Shown piece after piece: positions 12,533-22,248 of a stretch of DNA of 64,000 nucleotides (positions are counted from its first letter, which is position 1; each line of letters begins with the position of its first letter). Location: positions 3,479 to 67,478 of the forward strand of contig JBEKQV010000002.1 of the NCBI GenBank assembly GCA_049519355.1, in the 5' to 3' direction. The DNA comes from Candidatus Microgenomates bacterium. Its GTDB lineage: Bacteria > Patescibacteriota > Microgenomatia > UBA8517. Both the position numbers and the translations under genes were made by a program. Under the pieces are notes generated by a model, which searched no databases, had not been told where the DNA came from, and saw nothing but the letters and a program-made list of their open reading frames with translations.

Positions 12533-13261
12533 ATGAAAAAGACTCTTGCCCAAGCATTTACGCTAGTAGAGCTTCTTATTGTTATTGCACTTCTCGGAGT
12601 TATTGCCACGATCGTTATTGCCGCTATTAACCCAATCGAGCAGGCCAATAAAGCCAGAGATGCCGGGATGAAAGCTGATGCGAGTCAACTGGAGTCGGCA
12701 ATTCAAAGGTATTATGCTTCTCAAAATGCATATCCATGGGAAGATTTCTGTAAGGTCAATACAAGTGATACCAATTGTGGATCAGGTAATGCTCTGGCGG
12801 CTGCCGATGCCGAGCTTCCTTTTACCTCAGCGGATAATGAAATTATAGGGCTTTGTGGATTGGGTTCCAATACAGGTGCTAGTTCTACCTGCCGAAGCAA
12901 TCCTACGCAGGGATTGTTGATTTCCTCACTTGAGTTACAGGTTGCTTTCTTGAGCAAGAGTTGGATTGGCGGAGTGGGTACCTCGAATCAGCTTTTGGTT
13001 GGTAAAGCAGGTGGAGCCTCGTCATCTGTTTACGTTTGCTGGGTCCCTCTTTCAACAGCAAACAGACAGGTTTTGGTTAACAGCAATAAGTCGGGTTCAA
13101 GCGTGGCCGATAAGTTAGTCGATCCGACGCTAGGTTTTTCAGATGCGGGTGTTCCGGTTCCGCCCTCGGGCACTACTGGAAATGATGCATGTGCTGTTTC
13201 ACCTTCCGATGCATCATGGGGACTTCCTATTGGTCATTGTGAAGAGTGCGTTCCGGAGTAA
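12533..13261 (+). CDS. type IV pilin (prepilin N-terminal methylation domain); candidate major pilin
   Basis: Leader MKKTLAQA followed by FTLVELLIVIALLGVIATIV (class III signal, Glu at +5). First pilin gene of the locus and 242 aa long. Confidence 0.8.
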   Translation: MKKTLAQAFTLVELLIVIALLGVIATIVIAAINPIEQANKARDAGMKADASQLESAIQRYYASQNAYPWEDFCKVNTSDTNCGSGNALAAADAELPFTSADNEIIGLCGLGSNTGASSTCRSNPTQGLLISSLELQVAFLSKSWIGGVGTSNQLLVGKAGGASSSVYVCWVPLSTANRQVLVNSNKSGSSVADKLVDPTLGFSDAGVPVPPSGTTGNDACAVSPSDASWGLPIGHCEECVPE

Positions 13262-13267
13262 AGCTAA

Positions 13268-14020
13268 ATGATTCTTCAACAGCCTTTCCTCATTATCCTG
13301 GGTTTGATCTTTGGTTCCTTTGTTTCCGCTTTAACCTGGCGCTATCCCAAGAATATTTCCATTAAAAAAGGCCGGAGTGTTTGCCCTAATTGCAGAAAAC
13401 AAATTGCCTGGTTTGATAATATTCCTCTTTTTTCCTATATCTTTCTTGGAGGAAAATGCAGAAATTGTAAAAAAAGAATTTCCTTTAGATATCCTTTGAT
13501 AGAGGCAACTTCCGGAGCGTGTTTTTTAGTTATCGGAGTTTTCTTCCCGACCGACTATTTCAAGTTAATCTACGCACTTTTTATTTATTTAATTCTTATT
13601 TGCATTTTTGTCATTGATTTGGAAAACCAGTTCATTCCCGATTCATTTGTTTTTACGGGAATCGCCGCGACGGTAATATACTCTTTACTTAGCGGTGACT
13701 CAACAATTTTTTCAAGACTGCTTGTGGGTTTTGCTGCCGCTTCCCTTCTTCTCTTGGTTCATCTTCTGACGAAAGGACGCGGAATGGGACTTGGCGATGT
13801 TAAATTTGCGGTTCTTGGCGGATTTATCGTCGGATCGAGGTTTTTTTTGATTTGGCTGCTTTTGGCTTTCTTGACAGGCGCGATCGTCGGAACCATACTA
13901 ATTATGTTGAAGAAGGCACATCTGAAAAGCCAAATTGCATTCGGACCTTTTTTGGTTTTTGCGATTCCTTTAGTTTTACTATATGGCGAAAAAATACTTT
14001 TCTGGCTTAACATTGGTTGA
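13268..14020 (+). CDS. pilD: prepilin peptidase / N-methyltransferase PilD (A24 family)
   Basis: Tetra-Cys CPNC...C..C zinc motif, multiple TM helices, and a GLGDVKF active-site Asp region. Confidence 0.85.
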   Translation: MILQQPFLIILGLIFGSFVSALTWRYPKNISIKKGRSVCPNCRKQIAWFDNIPLFSYIFLGGKCRNCKKRISFRYPLIEATSGACFLVIGVFFPTDYFKLIYALFIYLILICIFVIDLENQFIPDSFVFTGIAATVIYSLLSGDSTIFSRLLVGFAAASLLLLVHLLTKGRGMGLGDVKFAVLGGFIVGSRFFLIWLLLAFLTGAIVGTILIMLKKAHLKSQIAFGPFLVFAIPLVLLYGEKILFWLNIG

Positions 14021-14633
14021 ACTGTTAATCGTTTTGGCAATTCTTGCACTTTTGGCCGGAATTATTCTTGTGGCATTCAGCAGCCAAATTTTTAAAGCCA
14101 ATGATGCCAAACGTAAAGGTGATATAGATAGAATAAAAATAGCCGTCGAAGAATATGAAAAAGATCACAACTGCTATCCTCAAAATGTCGACTGTAAACC
14201 GGGGACTTCTCTTCAGCCTTACTTAGATAAAATACCCTGCGATCCGATTACGGGTGCTTCTTATGTTTACGTTCCGGAAAACACTTCTTGTCCAACCTGG
14301 TATAGAATTTATTCGATTTTACAAAATACCAAAGATTCTTCGGTAACAGCTGGAGTTGGACCAATGGGAGCATTCAATTATATGCAGGGTGGCGGGTATG
14401 CGCAGAATCTAGCTACTCCTTCGCCGACACCTAGTGGAGTTAGTTCTTCGACAAGCCCGACTCTCCCATCCTCCGGTTTTTATGGATGTAAAAGTGGAGT
14501 TTGTTCACCGATTTTGTGGGACCCGAAGCGTCCGGGTCCTGAATGTGATCCCAATTGGCAGGATCCGGCTTGCCAAACCCAATGTGTAGATGGTCAGGGC
14601 AAACCGATTAATGAGTGTGAGTCGTGGGATTAA
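13983..14633 (+). CDS. type IV pilin-like protein
   Basis: MAKKYFSG followed by LTLVELLIVLAILALLAGIIL. The start overlaps the pilD 3' end by 38 nt in another frame. Confidence 0.7.
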   Translation: MAKKYFSGLTLVELLIVLAILALLAGIILVAFSSQIFKANDAKRKGDIDRIKIAVEEYEKDHNCYPQNVDCKPGTSLQPYLDKIPCDPITGASYVYVPENTSCPTWYRIYSILQNTKDSSVTAGVGPMGAFNYMQGGGYAQNLATPSPTPSGVSSSTSPTLPSSGFYGCKSGVCSPILWDPKRPGPECDPNWQDPACQTQCVDGQGKPINECESWD

Positions 14634-15226
14634 TTATGAAGAAATTTACAAGAATCGAATTAATATCATTGTCCGTAATTTTTCTTATTCTTATTGCGGT
14701 TGCAGTACCAAACTTTATTCTAAGTTTGAGAAGGGCTCGGGATCAAACCCGGAGGGATGATATGGGAGCGCTGAATCATGCATTTGACGAATATCTTGCT
14801 GATAATAATAGCGGATTGCCGTTAGCCTCTCCTGACGGACGTATTATTGATTGTCTGCCGTCTGGTGTTAATCCGGTCAAAAACAAATTAGGGTCGTGGA
14901 CTTATACTCCTATTGCTTGTAATTGGGGGAAAGATGCCTTTGCCAATTTAGTAACGGGAAGAATTTATATGTCTACTCTCCCGCAGGATCCGGATTCTAA
15001 AAAAGGTGTCAATTATCTCTATTTTTCTGACGGTAACCGCTACCAAATTTATGCCTCAATGGAAGGATCGGATGAGCCCGAAGTTGATCCAAAGATTATA
15101 GCTTTGGGTCTTAAGTGCGGGAATCGTATTTGCAACGTCGGCCGGTCTTATAATGTACCTATAGACATGTCGATACAAGCATATGATGCGTTATTATTAC
15201 TACAACAACAGCAAAAACAAAAGTAA
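14624..15226 (+). CDS. pseudopilin-like protein with non-canonical class III signal (KKFTRIELI, no Gly at -1)
   Basis: N-terminal hydrophobic helix with Glu at +5, but the cleavage-site glycine is absent. C-terminal poly-Gln tail. Confidence 0.5.
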   Translation: MGLIMKKFTRIELISLSVIFLILIAVAVPNFILSLRRARDQTRRDDMGALNHAFDEYLADNNSGLPLASPDGRIIDCLPSGVNPVKNKLGSWTYTPIACNWGKDAFANLVTGRIYMSTLPQDPDSKKGVNYLYFSDGNRYQIYASMEGSDEPEVDPKIIALGLKCGNRICNVGRSYNVPIDMSIQAYDALLLLQQQQKQK

Positions 15227-15785
15227 ACCTTTAAGCGTTGGGTTTACCTTGGTAGAACTTTTGGTAGTTATCACTATCCTTGGGGTGCTGGCAACAATAG
15301 GTCTGGTTTCTTTCGCCAGCGCTCAAGCCAGAGGTCGGGACGCACAAAGGAAATCGGATTTAAAGCAAATTGCATCGTCTTTGGAACTATATTATTCCGA
15401 TTACGGAAAGTATCCGAATTCGGATAACGGCAAGATTCAGGGTTGTCCGTCGACTTCCAATACGGATTGCGAATGGGGCGTGGCCGGAAGTAAATCAGAC
15501 TTTACGGATTTAAGAACTACTTACTTTGCTTCTTTGCCAAAAGACCCGTCGTCTGATCAAAATTATTATTATCTTCCGGTAACTGTGGGTTCAGTTAACC
15601 AAGGCTTCCAGCTTTATGCAAGGCTGGAAAATTCGCAAGATTTGAATTGTCTACCGGGTGTGGAAGGTACACCGAGTTGTTCTAGTCCAGTCGGTATTCC
15701 AACTGGAGTTACTTGTGGATTAGGTCCTTGTAATTTTTCGGTAACGAGTTCAAACATAACTCCAACCTCAACTCCGGCGCCCTGA
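15183..15785 (+). CDS. type IV pilin (member of tandem paralogous array)
   Basis: GFTLVELLVVITILGVLATIGL...ARGRDAQRKSDLKQI...LELYYSDYGKYP after an unusually long (about 20 aa) leader. Confidence 0.7.
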   Translation: MMRYYYYNNSKNKSKPLSVGFTLVELLVVITILGVLATIGLVSFASAQARGRDAQRKSDLKQIASSLELYYSDYGKYPNSDNGKIQGCPSTSNTDCEWGVAGSKSDFTDLRTTYFASLPKDPSSDQNYYYLPVTVGSVNQGFQLYARLENSQDLNCLPGVEGTPSCSSPVGIPTGVTCGLGPCNFSVTSSNITPTSTPAP

Positions 15786-15838
15786 AAGCTGGGTTCTGGC
15801 CTTCAGAAATACGTTGTAGTATTATTGTATATATAACC

Positions 15839-16318
15839 ATGTCTGCCCGTTTTATTAAGTACGGTTTTACTTTAATTGAACTCCTCGTTGTTATATCGAT
15901 TATCGGAATTTTGGCAACTTTGGTTGTTGCTAACCTGAGCTCTGCCAGAAGTAGAGCCAGGGATGCCGAAAGAAAGTCCGATCTTAAAAATATCCAAACT
16001 GCTTTGAGACTTTATTACAACGACTACAATGGGTACCCCAAAAGCGATAGCCAGGGGGATATTGACGGATGTGGAACCGCCGGTATAACAGCCTGTGCAT
16101 GGGGAAGTTCGTGGACAGCAGGCAGCGGACCAACGGTTTATATGAATACTCTCCCCCAGGATCCGCTTTCAACCTCCGGGCGAAGTTATTTCTATCAAAT
16201 AGGGTCCGACACAGATTCTTATACTCTTTCCGCTTGTCTGGAAAATACCAGTGATGCCAGCGGGGTAAATGCCAGTGTTAACGGAACTGCTTGCTGGGCG
16301 TTTCAGGTATCACAATAA
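15839..16318 (+). CDS. type IV pilin (paralogous array)
   Basis: MSARFIKYG/FTLIELLVVISIIGILATLVVANLSSARSRARDAERKSDLKNIQTALRLYYNDYNGYP. Confidence 0.8.
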   Translation: MSARFIKYGFTLIELLVVISIIGILATLVVANLSSARSRARDAERKSDLKNIQTALRLYYNDYNGYPKSDSQGDIDGCGTAGITACAWGSSWTAGSGPTVYMNTLPQDPLSTSGRSYFYQIGSDTDSYTLSACLENTSDASGVNASVNGTACWAFQVSQ

Positions 16319-16320
16319 CT

Positions 16321-16827
16321 ATGAAATTCAAAAAAGGTTTTATAACAATAGTTGGATTTACCCTAATTGAACTTTTGGTTGTAATCTCGATAATAGGAAT
16401 TCTGGCAGCTCTGGTAACAGTTTCTTTTACCGCAAGTCAGCGGCAGGCCCGGGATACCGAAAGAAAATCAGACCTCAGCCAGTATAGGACTTCCTTAGAA
16501 ATTTACGCGAATAAAAATAATGGTCTTTATCCTTCCAGACCGGATTCAGGAGGAGTATCTGCTTCACTGGATCTTTGTACGGATTTGGGTTCGACTGGTT
16601 GCCCGGTGGACCCGAAAAACAGCTCGGATTCTTCATTTGATTATAAGTATCAATCTAATGGTAATGTTTCGGACGGAACCGCTACCGCATCAGATTATGT
16701 CCTTTGGGCAAAACTGGAAAATGTCTCCAATACTTATTGGGTTGTCTGTTCGGGTGGTCAGTCGGGGAAAATTAGTTCATCAACAACTTTTAGCAACGGC
16801 GCTTGCCCGTCGGGACTGACGCCATAA
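16321..16827 (+). CDS. type IV pilin (paralogous array)
   Basis: MKFKKGFITIVG/FTLIELLVVISIIGILAALV...ARDTERKSDLSQYRTSLEIY. ORF track start 16291 is possible, but the internal Met gives a canonical short leader. Confidence 0.75.
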   Translation: MKFKKGFITIVGFTLIELLVVISIIGILAALVTVSFTASQRQARDTERKSDLSQYRTSLEIYANKNNGLYPSRPDSGGVSASLDLCTDLGSTGCPVDPKNSSDSSFDYKYQSNGNVSDGTATASDYVLWAKLENVSNTYWVVCSGGQSGKISSSTTFSNGACPSGLTP

Positions 16828-16845
16828 ACTGAGTTTGGCAAAATT

Positions 16846-17322
16846 ATGAATTTTGTGAAAAAAGGTTTTACATTGATCGAACTCTTGGTTGTTATTTCAA
16901 TAATAGGCATACTTATCGGTCTTTCGGTATTTGGCTTACAGGGTGCAAGGCAATCATCGCGCGACGCAAAAAGAAAAACTGATTTGGAACTTATTAGGAG
17001 CGGATTGGAAATTTATAAATCCGATTGTGATACTTATCCCACTTCTTTAGGTCTTCCCGGCACTTCACTTATTGGAACAGGAGCTGAAGGAACACCTTGT
17101 TCGAGTTCGAATACTTATATATCTCAGATTCCGGCAGATCCCTCGTCCGGAGCTTATGCATATACTCCTATTTCAACCGACGAAGGCTTGACCTATACAA
17201 AATATTACCTGTGTGCTTCTTTGGAGCAAACGCCTTCCCCCACACCGGATCCTGATATCTTAGGAAACTGCGGTAGTTGTGGAAGTACTTCAACCTGCAA
17301 TTACGTAGTTACAAATCCATGA
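16846..17322 (+). CDS. type IV pilin (paralogous array)
   Basis: MNFVKKG/FTLIELLVVISIIGILIGLSVFGLQGARQSSRDAKRKTDLELIRSGLEIYKSD. Confidence 0.8.
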   Translation: MNFVKKGFTLIELLVVISIIGILIGLSVFGLQGARQSSRDAKRKTDLELIRSGLEIYKSDCDTYPTSLGLPGTSLIGTGAEGTPCSSSNTYISQIPADPSSGAYAYTPISTDEGLTYTKYYLCASLEQTPSPTPDPDILGNCGSCGSTSTCNYVVTNP

Positions 17323-17825
17323 AAGGATATACTTTAATAGAAATATTGGTTAGTCTTACTATTGTTGGACTGCTTTTTAGCTTCGGTTATATAAGTTTTA
17401 GAGATTATTCAAGGCGCCAGACGGTTGCAGGAGTCGTAAAAGAAATTCAGGGAGATCTAAGGCTTGCCCAAGAAGATGCACTTGCGGGACAGCTTCCGTC
17501 AAGTACGGATGATCCAAAAGGGTTTTGCAGCGGTACAAACAGTTTAAACGGCTATTATTTTGATATCATTTCAACCTCAGAATACGACCTTGAGGCAGTT
17601 TGTACGGGCGGAACCGTTTCGACAATTTTTGGAGAAAATCCTGCAAAACAGGTAACAATGCCTTCAGATGTTTTAATTTCCGCTACCGATAATCCCATTT
17701 TATTTAAAATTCTGGGTCAGGGAACAAATATTCCGAACGGTCAAAACGCTGAAATTGATCTTTCTCAGGTGGGAACGACAAATAAAGGAGTAGTTTTGGT
17801 TGGTTCCGGGGGAGAAATACATTAA
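17319..17825 (+). CDS. minor pilin-like protein
   Basis: MKG/YTLIEILVSLTIVGLLFSF. The ATG at 17319 overlaps the preceding stop as ATGA. Confidence 0.6.
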   Translation: MKGYTLIEILVSLTIVGLLFSFGYISFRDYSRRQTVAGVVKEIQGDLRLAQEDALAGQLPSSTDDPKGFCSGTNSLNGYYFDIISTSEYDLEAVCTGGTVSTIFGENPAKQVTMPSDVLISATDNPILFKILGQGTNIPNGQNAEIDLSQVGTTNKGVVLVGSGGEIH

Positions 17826-18271
17826 TGACAGATTCAGGACAAAGTTTATTTGAAGTGGTTGTAGCGATAGCGATAAGTGCGCTAATTATTGTTGCCTTGG
17901 TTTCCGTAACCAGTAATTCCATTCAAAACTCATCCTTTTCCAAAAACAAATCTCTTGCCGCGACCTATGCCGAGCAGGCGTCGGAATGGTTGAGAGGGCA
18001 AAGAGACAATAACACCGATACTTTTGTAGCCTATGCGACAAGAGGCACCTTTTGTCTACCCGATTCCCCACTTACCGACAACTCCTGGTTACTTAACCGC
18101 CCTTGTAATTCCAATGATGTCATTGCAGGAACTCTTTTTAGGCGCTGGGTGTCTCTTTCGGCCGGTGTCCAAAACGGTAAGGATGTTGTTATGGCCGATG
18201 TTACGGTTGAATGGCAGGACTCCGGCGGGCTACATCAAATTGTTGACTCGACAACACTTTCGCAAAGATGA
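17825..18271 (+). CDS. minor pilin-like protein (PilV/GspI-like N-terminus)
   Basis: MTDSGQS/LFEVVVAIAISALIIVALVSV hydrophobic N-terminus with Glu at +5. Start overlaps the preceding stop. Confidence 0.5.
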   Translation: MTDSGQSLFEVVVAIAISALIIVALVSVTSNSIQNSSFSKNKSLAATYAEQASEWLRGQRDNNTDTFVAYATRGTFCLPDSPLTDNSWLLNRPCNSNDVIAGTLFRRWVSLSAGVQNGKDVVMADVTVEWQDSGGLHQIVDSTTLSQR

Positions 18272-18783
18272 AGAAATATAAATCAAAAAATTATTCCGGT
18301 TTTACCCTCTTGGAAATATTAGTTGTTGTGTCTATTTTTGCAGTTCTGGGAATTCTTGTGACCAGGAGCGTTATATTAACTTTGCAGGGAACTCAAAAGA
18401 CAGAGTCTTTGATTCGGGCAAGAGAAAATTTGGATTACTCCTTGAATATAATTGAGAGAGGTTTAAGGGGGGCAAGTTCTATTCCCGGTTGTGCTACCAA
18501 TTTAGATACTTCCACGATTGGTTATTTGGACCAGGACGGACAGCCGGCGTCTTTTTCCTGTATCAACTCCAACGGTGAATCGTATATTGCTTCGGGCTCA
18601 TCCAACATTCGGCTTACAACGGATTCGGTTAGAATACTGGATTGTTCATTTTTATGTACTCCTTCGAGCGCGGCTAGTCCGCCTTATGTTTCAATTAATC
18701 TAACCGTACAAGATGCCAGTGCCTCAGGAATTCCCGGCACGGAGGTAACCGCACAAACTCAGATTTACCTTCGGAATTATTAA
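18268..18783 (+). CDS. minor pilin (FimT/PilW-like)
   Basis: MKKYKSKNYSG/FTLLEILVVVSIFAVLGILV. Confidence 0.65.
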   Translation: MKKYKSKNYSGFTLLEILVVVSIFAVLGILVTRSVILTLQGTQKTESLIRARENLDYSLNIIERGLRGASSIPGCATNLDTSTIGYLDQDGQPASFSCINSNGESYIASGSSNIRLTTDSVRILDCSFLCTPSSAASPPYVSINLTVQDASASGIPGTEVTAQTQIYLRNY

Positions 18784-18819
18784 ATTGCAATTACTTAAAC
18801 GCATTGCTAAACTGGATTT

Positions 18820-19710
18820 ATGACACGTAAGCAAGAATCCGGGCAGGCTCTTGTTCTTGTACTTCTTTCACTTGCAGTTGTTTTGACTCTGGTTCTTTTT
18901 ATTCTTGCCCGTTCCGTAACCGATGTGGCAGTTTCAACCAGCCAGGAAGATTCCGTAAGGGCATTTTCGGCGGCGGAAGCGGGAATTGAAAATGCACTGG
19001 TAATCGGAAAGGAAGGATCTGCAAATGGTTCGAACTATACCGCCAATGTTTCAGGTTATTCGGAAGGATCCAGCGATTTTCCTTACCCCGCTCCACTTTT
19101 ATCCGGAGATTCCGCAACCACATGGTTTGTAGCACATGATCCAACGAGTGAGAATATTGTTTGCGACCAGACTCACCCATGTTTTTCGGGAAGCTTTATG
19201 AAAGTCTGTTGGGGAAACGTAGGAACGTATCCCAACCCGCAATTTATTCCGGCAATTGAGGTGAGCGTCTATTATGAAACATCTCCGGGTGATGCCTCGA
19301 CAGCCCAAATTGCCCGAGCGGTTTTTGATCCGAACTCGGCCAGACTTTCTTCAAACTCTTTCGCCTCGCCGGATCCTGGAACGTGTCAAATTGGAGGCAC
19401 GAATTACGAATTTCAGAAGACTATACAATTTGGTTCGACGGGTCTTAACATCCCCGATACTTCGTACAACTTTTCAAATGGTCTTCTTTTTGCCAGGATA
19501 CGTATGTTTTATAACACTGACGTAGGTCAACCACTTGGCACTACGGTTTCCGGTAATTCATCTCCCCTACCGGCACAGGGAGAAGGTATCGTTTCTACCG
19601 GTACTGCCGGCAGCAGCAATAGACGCATCGACGTTTTTCAAAGCTGGCCTGAATCACCTTTTGGCGGAGACGCCTTAACGTCAGGACCCTCACTTGGTAT
19701 TAGTCAGTAA
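18820..19710 (+). CDS. PilX-like minor pilin / pilus-associated hypothetical protein
   Basis: N-terminal hydrophobic helix (QALVLVLLSLAVVLTLVLFILA) without a canonical G/F site. Position between the minor pilins and pilM suggests PilX/PilY-type function. Confidence 0.4.
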   Translation: MTRKQESGQALVLVLLSLAVVLTLVLFILARSVTDVAVSTSQEDSVRAFSAAEAGIENALVIGKEGSANGSNYTANVSGYSEGSSDFPYPAPLLSGDSATTWFVAHDPTSENIVCDQTHPCFSGSFMKVCWGNVGTYPNPQFIPAIEVSVYYETSPGDASTAQIARAVFDPNSARLSSNSFASPDPGTCQIGGTNYEFQKTIQFGSTGLNIPDTSYNFSNGLLFARIRMFYNTDVGQPLGTTVSGNSSPLPAQGEGIVSTGTAGSSNRRIDVFQSWPESPFGGDALTSGPSLGISQ

Positions 19711-19759
19711 GCCTGCGCCCGTGCTTCATTTATTGACGGTTTAGCGCGGATGTTGTTAA

Positions 19760-20788
19760 ATGAATGTATATACTGCCATGGTTGGAATTGATATCGGAAG
19801 TAGGACAATCAAAATAGTTGAGCTTGAGAAAGATGGAGCAAGTTTTTCACTTGCTGCTTCAGGAATTGTAGGTTATTCAGGTACAACCGTGGACAAAATG
19901 ACTGACGATAAAGAGGTCGCTTCATTGGGCCAGATTATTAGAAAGTTGCACACGGAAGCTGGAGTTTCTTCAAAGGATGTTATAATTTCGATCCCGGAGC
20001 CCCTTGTCTTTACCCGCACAATTAAGTTCCCGCTTCTCACCGATTCCGAAATTGCCTCCGCCGTAAAGTGGGAGTCCGAGCAATACATTCCGATTCCTAT
20101 AAACGAGGCTGTGATTCAGCATACTATTTTATCAAGGAATGAAAAAGCTTCTCCGCCGGAAGTGCTGGTTCTTTTAGTTGCCGCACCAAAGGCGATTGTC
20201 GAAAAATACACAAAAGTAATTCAGGCAGCGGGGTTATCCACACTTGCGGTTGAAACGGAGCTGATTGCACTTACAAGGGCTCTTGCCCCTGTTGATAAAA
20301 CGGTACTTTTAGTTGATCTTGGTGCGACTTCCACAAACATAGCCATTTCGAAACTTGGGCTTTTGTCTTTTTCAAGATCAATCCCTATCGCCGGTGAGGC
20401 CTTTACACGGGCAGTTTCACAGGGTCTTGGTGTTAATGCCCAACAGGCTGAAGAATACAAAAAAACCTACGGCCTTTCCCAGGGACAGCTCGAGGGTAAG
20501 GTTAAGGGTGTGCTGGATCCCGTTCTTAGACTTGTTGTCGACGAAATAAAGAAGGCGGTCAGTTATTATCTGACCGAGGAAAAAGGTGAAACTCCGAGTG
20601 CACTTATTGTAACGGGTGGAACGAGTGGCATGCCTGATATTATTTCCATGCTGACGGAACTTTTGGGTATGGAAGTTCTTGTCGGAAATCCATTTGCAAG
20701 AATTAAACTTGATCCTGAGACAGCCAAAAAACTGGCGCCTTATGCACCTCTTTACAGCGTTGCTGTAGGGCTGGCCCTGAGAGAATAA
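19760..20788 (+). CDS. pilM: type IV pilus assembly protein PilM (actin-like ATPase fold)
   Basis: VGIDIGSRTIKIVEL N-terminus and a DLGATSTNIAI phosphate-2-like motif. 342 aa. Confidence 0.85.
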   Translation: MNVYTAMVGIDIGSRTIKIVELEKDGASFSLAASGIVGYSGTTVDKMTDDKEVASLGQIIRKLHTEAGVSSKDVIISIPEPLVFTRTIKFPLLTDSEIASAVKWESEQYIPIPINEAVIQHTILSRNEKASPPEVLVLLVAAPKAIVEKYTKVIQAAGLSTLAVETELIALTRALAPVDKTVLLVDLGATSTNIAISKLGLLSFSRSIPIAGEAFTRAVSQGLGVNAQQAEEYKKTYGLSQGQLEGKVKGVLDPVLRLVVDEIKKAVSYYLTEEKGETPSALIVTGGTSGMPDIISMLTELLGMEVLVGNPFARIKLDPETAKKLAPYAPLYSVAVGLALRE

Positions 20789-20791
20789 TGT

Positions 20792-21328
20792 ATGCCAGAC
20801 AATCTTAACCTTTTACCGCCTGAACTTGCCGTTAGTAAGAGCCTTGCCGGCGTTTTGAAAACCTTGAGAGCGCTTAGTGTGATCATGGTGGTACTATTTC
20901 TTCTGTTTTCGGCAGGACTGGGTGGTTTTTTTGTCATAAATAATATTTCACTAAACAGCCTTAATCAAAATGTTTCTCAGCTTGAAAATCAAATTTCCGC
21001 TCAGGAAACGAGTGAACAGCAGATAGTAGTTCTAAAGGATAGGGTTACCAAAATAGAACAAGCAAAATCTTCACCAAGTGCACTAAAAACCATTACCGAC
21101 GTTAATTCGGTTTTAGCGAATTTGTCCGCGGGTACCTCTGTTAGCCAATTTAATGCCAACCCTACTAAGGCTGACCTTTCAATGAGTTTTACGACAAATG
21201 CGGACCTGGAATCTTTTATCCAAAGTTTCTCGGGAAGCTCACTGCCGTTTGGCTCGGCTGTTCTTACTTCTTTTGGTTATAGTCCGTCGTCAGGTTACCA
21301 GGTTGGAGTGAGCCTTACTGAAAAATGA
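20792..21328 (+). CDS. pilN: type IV pilus assembly protein PilN-like (single TM, coiled coil)
   Basis: LNLLPPE followed by a TM segment, the classic PilN N-terminus. Immediately downstream of pilM. Confidence 0.6.
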   Translation: MPDNLNLLPPELAVSKSLAGVLKTLRALSVIMVVLFLLFSAGLGGFFVINNISLNSLNQNVSQLENQISAQETSEQQIVVLKDRVTKIEQAKSSPSALKTITDVNSVLANLSAGTSVSQFNANPTKADLSMSFTTNADLESFIQSFSGSSLPFGSAVLTSFGYSPSSGYQVGVSLTEK

Positions 21329-21331
21329 TAT

Positions 21332-22021
21332 ATGCAAAATAGTTTCAAAAAATTACCGGTAGGATTAAGGGAAACATTAAGGGTTTCATTGCCTCTGGCA
21401 ATAGTTGTTATTCTTTTTATACTCGTAGCCAACTTTGGTTTGCCAAAAATCGCCGATGTTAGAAATCAAGTGTCAACCGCTCAAAATCTTAAAACGAGTC
21501 TTACACAGAAACTGGGTGTTCTCCAATCATTTTCGCAAAATCCGGCAGTCAATAACGTTAGTGCCGCATCCATTGCCCTTCCAAGCTCCGATCCGTCACC
21601 CATAATTGTTTCTCAGCTTAGAAATGCAACTTCGTGTTGTGCAGTAACCTTAGCGGATGTCAAAGCCGGATCGTCTGCGCTTGGGAGTTCGACATTATCT
21701 ACAGTAGGTACAACCTTTCAGGTTGTCGGTACAAGGAGCGGGGTTATCGATTATTTGCATTATATTCAAACAATCGCCCCAATTTCCATAGTAAATAGTG
21801 TCCGGATTAGTGAAAGTGCCGGGGTTGATACAGCCAATGTAATAATGGTTTCTTTCTGGGCACCATTTCCTAAAGTTATTCCTTCAATAAGCCAGCCAAT
21901 AACAAATCTTACAAATTCGGAGATTGCAGTGTTGAACCAGGTTGCAAGTCTTGTTCAACCAACGGTTGTTCAGGGTTTTGCTTCGGAACCGGGAGTTAAC
22001 CTCACACCATTTGGACAGTAA
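21332..22021 (+). CDS. pilO: type IV pilus assembly protein PilO-like
   Basis: One N-terminal TM helix followed by coiled-coil-like sequence. Called from position after pilN only. Confidence 0.5.
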   Translation: MQNSFKKLPVGLRETLRVSLPLAIVVILFILVANFGLPKIADVRNQVSTAQNLKTSLTQKLGVLQSFSQNPAVNNVSAASIALPSSDPSPIIVSQLRNATSCCAVTLADVKAGSSALGSSTLSTVGTTFQVVGTRSGVIDYLHYIQTIAPISIVNSVRISESAGVDTANVIMVSFWAPFPKVIPSISQPITNLTNSEIAVLNQVASLVQPTVVQGFASEPGVNLTPFGQ

Positions 22022-22023
22022 GT

Positions 22024-22248
22024 TTATTCAACGTTGAGGGAGACGGCACTCTTTTCTAAAGTTGCTCTTATTTTGAGGATGTTCCTGATGGATTTAATCA
22101 TACGTCCGCCTTTTCCGATAACAAGACCTATATTTTCCTGAGCGGTTTTAATTGTATAGGCAACTCTGCCGTTATCGTCGGCCTCTACCACCTCAAATTT
22201 CTCTTTTCCCAGAATCCCTTTGACTAAAAATTCCAAAAGTTCTTTCAT
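22024..22248 (-). CDS. KH-domain RNA-binding protein (UPF0109/YlqC-like)
   Basis: VIGKGGRMIKSIRNIL GXXG KH motif. Sits downstream of rpsP as in many bacteria. Confidence 0.8.
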   Translation of the reverse strand: MKELLEFLVKGILGKEKFEVVEADDNGRVAYTIKTAQENIGLVIGKGGRMIKSIRNILKIRATLEKSAVSLNVE

